DNA of 49,111 nucleotides from a virus (Duplodnaviria; Heunggongvirae; Uroviricota; Caudoviricetes): IMG/VR virus record IMGVR_UViG_2529292911_000007; one strand, 5' to 3'. Shown piece by piece: positions 43,923 to 49,111 of this stretch (position 1 is its first letter; each line of letters starts with the position of its first letter). The notes under the pieces were generated by a model. It saw only the letters and a program-made list of their open reading frames with translations, ran no database searches and was not told where the DNA came from. The position numbers and the translations under genes were made by a program.

Positions 43923-45010
43923 CTATTCGCTATAAGTTAATGTTGGTTTTGAAAGTCTTTTGGATATTGTTTTTCCGATATTAATGAATGGAGTTTCAAT
44001 ATATTTATAAATAAAGAATGATAAGAACAAGCTAAGAGCAATAATGAATGAAAACTTAGAGAACCCAGGTTTTTCATAAAGCGGAATGAAATCCTTAAAA
44101 TTAATTAAAAATAGCATTACTATCGCATGGGATAAATACAGAGAGTAAGAGATATCACCTAGCTTACTGAGTATTTTATTTTCCCTTAATCCGAAGTTAA
44201 CTTCATAAAGTAAAACTCCCGTAATTATGGAGGCTGCCCACAATCCGAAGTTTAAAGGGCCATGACCAAATCTGAATTGATAAAAATATGAGCAAACACC
44301 AAATGAAACCAAAAGGAATGATATCGCCTTTGCGTTTTTTATATATTTAAATTTTCTGTGTATTATATACAGAAACATCCCATAAACGAATTCTAACAGC
44401 ATGGGTGATGACATTAAGTTTAGAAAGCCAATATGCCAATGACCTGTATCACCAATCGTAAACTTACTTGATAGAGAAAGGCTGTTGGAAAATTTCAACT
44501 GTATGAGAAGTAGCGGGACTATCAATGCAATAACTGATATTAATAATCTGTTTTTATGACTCAGCGATATTGCAAGCATAAAAATGAAATAAAAATAGAC
44601 TTCAAAGGTTAATGTCCATGCTGGATAAAGCACGTTGTATCCGAAGAATGGCGCTTCTGAATAATAGTCCAGGTGAAGCAGAAACAATGAACGCAATAAT
44701 TCACTTTCGGTGAAGACTGGGTTCAATAAAAAGAATAAGATTGTGCAAATGAAAAATACAGGGTAAATCCTGAAAAAACGCCTGGTCATAAAGTTAATAG
44801 GGGAATTTGTTTCTTTTTTTGACTCGATAACATTATTATAAATCCACTTATAATAAAAAACAGATCAACCCCAAAACCACCACTAATAAACAATAAATCA
44901 CCTAGATCTTTTTGTGCGTAAACTTCATTTAGGTATTGTTTATTGTGATATGCAACAACGAGTAATGCTGCTACACCTCGCAAATAGTGAATTGATTTTA
45001 CCTTCTTCAT
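43923..45010 (-). pseudogene. Acyltransferase-3 family membrane protein (O-antigen acetyltransferase-like), split by a frameshift at a poly-A tract
   Basis: 74-aa N-terminal ORF (MKKVKSIHYLRGVAALLVVAYH...FFIISGFIIM) and 288-aa C-terminal ORF (RRFFRIYPVFF..., multi-TM) overlap by 4 nt in different frames at an A7 run near 44800-44815; strongly AT-rich. Confidence 0.6.
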
Positions 45011-45487
45011 TTTTATATAATCACTGTTCCAATTTTTTTATTTTACAAACAATTCTATCTAGCTCATTAGTACTCAAAGTCAGATTGGTAGCAATAAAAA
45101 ACAAGATATGTGATGACATGGCGCGGGGCTCAGAACCACTCGTGTATTTTCGCCACTGGCTATGACTGGCTGCACCTGCAAGATCTGCCATTTGTGTGCC
45201 AGTATACCCAAGCTCTGACTTTATGTTTACCAGATCCTCTGGAGTGCCGGGGAGTATAATCGTTGATTAATCGAATCTGCAACTATTTCAGAACGACCTA
45301 GGTTAAAGTGCGCTCTGCAGTCTCTTATATAAGGTGATACTTTAATTGTCTGGAAACTGGACAGGTTAGGAAGGAGCAGGAAACATCTTATTATACTTAC
45401 CGAGTAGCTGCGGGTAAGGGGGGGATTTCCGTAGCCTGACAGGTAACATTGACACGTCAACATCGATGGTTTTTTTTATTTTTCCAT

Positions 45488-45722
45488 GTGATGGAGCCCT
45501 GGTTGAAATGAAGCGTGAACTGATTGATGACTGAACAAAAGTTGGACTGGAAGATGCTCGCGCACAGGGAGGAATTGGTGGACGTCGTCCTAAACTTACA
45601 TCAGAACAATGGGCGCAGGCCGGGCGATTAATTGCATCAAAAGTCCCGCGTCAGAAGGTGGCGATCATCTATGATATTGGTGTATCGACTTTGTATAAGA
45701 GGTTTCCAGCCAGGATTATATA
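45488..45722 (+). pseudogene. Serine DNA invertase (Pin/Hin/Gin family) C-terminal remnant with in-frame stop
   Basis: Translation GALVEMKRELIDD*TKVGLEDARAQGGIGGRRPKLTSEQWAQAGRLIASKVPRQKVAIIYDIGVSTLYKRFPARII matches the resolvase/invertase HTH C-terminus; the N-terminal catalytic domain is missing. Confidence 0.6.
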
Positions 45723-46073
45723 AAACTGCAGACACGCCGTATGCAAGACGTGCTGCGGTTGGTTGATGCACTTTCGAGAGTGTATGTATTGAATAATTTC
45801 CAACTGTCATTAATTTTATTTATTTTTTGCATGAGAGGATTTGAACCTCCGAGCCTCGACACCTTATGACAACGCGATATTCCCTTGATGACCGCTATGC
45901 GCCAAAATAACCAATTGATAAATAAGTTGATTTTAATTGGTTGGAAGCAAGTCAGGTCAAATTCAGCATGCCGCTCTCTGTATCGGGTAGTTAAATTTTT
46001 CTATAACTGATAGTAATATGTTAAAACTCACACAGATAAATTATCATTGCTCAACAAGTATAATGGAGTTCCC

Positions 46074-48029
46074 GTGGATACAGCAGAACATGATGGCAAA
46101 TTTGCTTGGGCTAGTTTTTATGAGGCTTTTGCCAACGCGTTACTGACTTGGCGAAATCGTAGAGATGAATTAGTCAAAGGTATTCATCTAATTGCCTCAG
46201 GTGTGGAAGGAATGTCCCATCTGCAGGACAAATCTATTATGGGAGAGATCTTTCCCTTAAAAGACATTTGTCCGTTTACTACTATGGGCTTGTTCAATCG
46301 TAACTTGACCGACAGCAATCGCAAAATTATTGCTGCCAAGCTAGCGAATTTGTTGGGCGTGAACGAACCGATTCCTGACTCCTTTGCCGGAATCCCGCTG
46401 TTGAATAACCAAAAATCTTGGTTCTTTGGTTATGAAAAGTCACGCGACCCTAATGACATTGAATGCTTGTGGGAAATGTTCTCGCAGGCAATGACCTTTG
46501 CGGATAACCAGAATACTAACTCTGCAGACTTCACTGCCGCATATGACATCGCTTCTACAGTAATGAATGTCGGTTGGAATCTCACCATGGGGTTGTACTG
46601 GACCCGTCCTTGGTTCTACCCTACTTTAGATAGCCAGTCGCAGTATTACATTCAGACAGTGTTAAACATTAAGATCATTAAAAACGGGGCAAAAGGTCGC
46701 TGTAGTGGACAAAGTTACCTGAGTCTTATGCGGGCGCTGAACGAGGTCTTTACCCAACCAAACTATCCGGTTCATTCTTTCCCAGAACTTTCTTTATCAG
46801 CGTGGAATACAGATCTTAGCCAGTCTAAAGATGAGGTGGCAAATAGAACGTGGAAAGCCTCTTTACTGAATAAAATTAAGGCGTTATGCCTGAAAAAAAA
46901 TGGCCCTTATTTCACTGCTTCGGAGTTGGAAGAAAACTACTTGGACGTATTCAAGGTAGAGCATCCTGAGAGCAAAACAGTTACAAGCTCAATCTACTTT
47001 TATCTACAGAAACTATGCAATGATGATGAGTTAAAGTCCCTTGAGTCCGGAAATTATGAATACCTGAATTTTGAGAAAAACGAATCCCAGACGATAACTG
47101 AGGAAACTGTCGAAGAGAGTGCGCCGTTGCCAAAACTCACTCACGTTCCTTATGACATCAGTCATCTGGTGCAGGATGGCTGTTTCTTGGAAGAGGCTAA
47201 GATCCAACTCACACTTCAGCGCCTGATCGACAAGAAAAACCTGATATTACAAGGACCACCCGGAACTGGAAAAACCTGGTTAGCGCGACGTCTGGCGTAC
47301 TGCTTGATGGGAGAAAAAGCACCTGAGCGTATTAGCGCGGTGCAATTTCACCCGAACCTCTCTTACGAAGACTTTATTCGCGGCTGGCGTCCAGGTAAAG
47401 AAGGGCAATTGACGCTAATTGATGGACCTTTTGTAAATGCAATCAAAACTGCAGTCAATAATCCTACCTCGAAATATGTGGTGATAATTGAAGAGATTAA
47501 TCGTGGCAATCCGGCGCAAATCTTCGGTGAAACACTCACGTTGATGGAAGCAGATAAACGCACGCCGACTGAGGCATTATCTCTTTCCTATCCTAAAAAT
47601 GATGATGAAAAAATATACATTCCTGAGAATCTATATATCATCGGTACGATGAATATTGCAGACCGCTCACTCGCACTACTTGACCTAGCGCTGCGCCGTC
47701 GTTTCGCGTTTATCGATCTAAAGCCAGCTTTTAATGACGCGTGGAGAAACTGGGTAAATTATAATTACGCAATTGATTTTGACATGTTAGCATTCATCAA
47801 ATCTCGACTGACGGTACTTAACGATATGCTGGCAAAAGATGTTACCTTAGGACCACAGTTTTGTATCGGTCACAGCTATGTCACCCCAGCTATCGGCCAA
47901 AAAATCAACGATGCCCAGGCTTGGTATGAACAAGTCGTTGATACAGAGATCTGCCCTTTGCTCGCCGAATATTGGTTCGATGCTCCAAATAAAGTCGATG
48001 AAGCCAGAAAAGTGTTATTAGCAAAATGA
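46074..48029 (+). CDS. McrB-like AAA+ GTPase with an unrecognised N-terminal domain of about 370 aa
   Basis: C-terminal half aligns to E. coli McrB from memory (LILQGPPGTGKTWLARRLAYCLMGEKAP...VQFHPNLSYEDFIRGWRP...VVIIEEINRGNPAQIFGE...IIGTMNIADRSLALLDLALRRRFAFIDL); GTG 46074 has a GGAG RBS, alternative TTG at 46047. Confidence 0.75.
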   Translation: MDTAEHDGKFAWASFYEAFANALLTWRNRRDELVKGIHLIASGVEGMSHLQDKSIMGEIFPLKDICPFTTMGLFNRNLTDSNRKIIAAKLANLLGVNEPIPDSFAGIPLLNNQKSWFFGYEKSRDPNDIECLWEMFSQAMTFADNQNTNSADFTAAYDIASTVMNVGWNLTMGLYWTRPWFYPTLDSQSQYYIQTVLNIKIIKNGAKGRCSGQSYLSLMRALNEVFTQPNYPVHSFPELSLSAWNTDLSQSKDEVANRTWKASLLNKIKALCLKKNGPYFTASELEENYLDVFKVEHPESKTVTSSIYFYLQKLCNDDELKSLESGNYEYLNFEKNESQTITEETVEESAPLPKLTHVPYDISHLVQDGCFLEEAKIQLTLQRLIDKKNLILQGPPGTGKTWLARRLAYCLMGEKAPERISAVQFHPNLSYEDFIRGWRPGKEGQLTLIDGPFVNAIKTAVNNPTSKYVVIIEEINRGNPAQIFGETLTLMEADKRTPTEALSLSYPKNDDEKIYIPENLYIIGTMNIADRSLALLDLALRRRFAFIDLKPAFNDAWRNWVNYNYAIDFDMLAFIKSRLTVLNDMLAKDVTLGPQFCIGHSYVTPAIGQKINDAQAWYEQVVDTEICPLLAEYWFDAPNKVDEARKVLLAK

Positions 48030-49111
48030 CGACAATAACCGGGAGTGAGCAACATACAGCATCACGTATTCCCATGCGAAATATCTGGATGCTGATGCTG
48101 TACGCTTCAGATCTGTTTCGTCAGTTAGGGCGCAATCAGATCGCAGTAGAAGATAACCCAGCAGAAATCCCCGACCTGGTGGCGACAATCCTCCTTCATG
48201 AGATTACGCTGCGCCGACGTCGCAATTTAAATATGGGATACCAAACTTGTCATGCGGCCCTGAACCGGGTGAGAGGGCGCATTGACATACTGTATACTGC
48301 CAGTCATCAACTACTGGAACGGGGACAGGTTGCCTGCCATTTTCAAGACATAACCCTCAACACCCCCCGAAATCGCTATGTTCGCTGTGCGTTAGAACGT
48401 CTGGCCTCAATCATAGTGAAACCGTCTTTGGCGGCAGATTGCCATTTTATGGCAATATCACTTCGCCGTGAGGGGATAAATGGAGGATATCCTGCCCCCC
48501 ACGAATTACCCTCAGTGTGGCGTTTTGGACGCCATGATGCCGCAGATAAACCGATGGTCGATGCCGCACGATTAGCTTTTGAACTGCTGATGCCGACCGA
48601 AGATCAAGGCCAATATCTTTTACCTGCGCCCTCAAATAACCTTTACTGGATGAGAAGACTATTTGAAAAAGGTATCGCTGGCTTATATCGTGTACACCTT
48701 GCCAAAACAACTTGGCAGGTCTCTGCAGGGAAAGAGCTGAAATGGGCGTTGAGCGATCAAAGTGCAGGTAGTGCAGAGATTTTCCCGACAATGAAGTCAG
48801 ACATTATTCTGGAACACAAGACTGCCCAGCGGCGTATTATTATCGATACCAAATTTAATTCGATTCTGACAAAGGGTTGGCATCGGGAGCAATCACTACG
48901 TAATGGCTATATTTATCAGCTATATACCTACCTTAGAACACAGGAGAACAAGACGGATCCGCTTTCGCTCAATGCCGCTGGTCTTCTACTTCATCCAGCT
49001 GTTGGCTATATGCTTAATGAGTATGTTGTCACTCAGGGACATAAGATCCATTTTGCTACAGTAGATATGACGGTAGATGCTAAAGCAATTAAAAACAATT
49101 GCTGGCAATAG
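48026..49111 (+). CDS. McrC-like nuclease subunit (PD-(D/E)xK)
   Basis: 361 aa; ATGA overlap with the McrB-like stop; N-terminal PMRNIWMLMLYA resembles McrC PVRNIYYMLTYA, and IIIDTKF...NGYIYQLYTYL matches the McrC catalytic region; stop codon is the last 3 nt of the window. Confidence 0.7.
   Translation: MTTITGSEQHTASRIPMRNIWMLMLYASDLFRQLGRNQIAVEDNPAEIPDLVATILLHEITLRRRRNLNMGYQTCHAALNRVRGRIDILYTASHQLLERGQVACHFQDITLNTPRNRYVRCALERLASIIVKPSLAADCHFMAISLRREGINGGYPAPHELPSVWRFGRHDAADKPMVDAARLAFELLMPTEDQGQYLLPAPSNNLYWMRRLFEKGIAGLYRVHLAKTTWQVSAGKELKWALSDQSAGSAEIFPTMKSDIILEHKTAQRRIIIDTKFNSILTKGWHREQSLRNGYIYQLYTYLRTQENKTDPLSLNAAGLLLHPAVGYMLNEYVVTQGHKIHFATVDMTVDAKAIKNNCWQ

Noticed and set aside
44914-45463. 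Short ORFs (83 aa plus strand, 78 aa minus strand) between the acyltransferase and the invertase remnant
   Set aside because: No RBS or domain features; the region looks like decayed intergenic or remnant DNA.

Overview
The window is almost entirely one lambdoid prophage (about 1 to 45.8 kb) in prophage orientation, followed by a McrBC-like restriction locus. From left to right: int/xis; a leftward early operon with exo, bet and gam that match phage lambda as I recall it; an immunity region (CI-like repressor, cro, cII-like); lambda-type replication genes O (with ori iterons inside the gene) and P; a DLP12-like nin/Q/lysis arm (ylcH, ybcN, ninE, ybcO, rusA, ylcG, Q, nmpC-like porin, holin, lysozyme, Rz/Rz1, bor); a lambda cos site; and a lambda-like morphogenesis block Nu1 through J, lom and a side tail fibre. 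The lysozyme gene is destroyed by an IS2 that is itself split by an IS629-like IS3-family element, so the prophage is probably lysis-defective. Three loci deserve the most attention as candidate accessory or defence systems: (1) an HTH-ImmA/IrrE metallopeptidase plus DUF4411 (PIN-like) pair sitting where lambda carries rexAB, with the DUF4411 gene broken at an A6 tract; (2) an AT-rich, translationally coupled two-gene module (small soluble protein plus 3-TM membrane protein) antisense between P and the nin genes, with no family I can recognise; (3) a McrB-like GTPase with a roughly 370-aa unrecognised N-terminal domain plus McrC-like nuclease at the right edge. Other notable items are a poly-A-frameshifted acyltransferase-3 (O-antigen acetyltransferase-like) gene, a mosaic tail fibre with a C-terminal self-cleaving chaperone domain and an in-frame tfa remnant, a decayed DNA invertase, and a tRNA-like fragment that may mark the right prophage boundary. 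All calls are from reading the sequence and ORF translations against remembered protein families; no database search was run.
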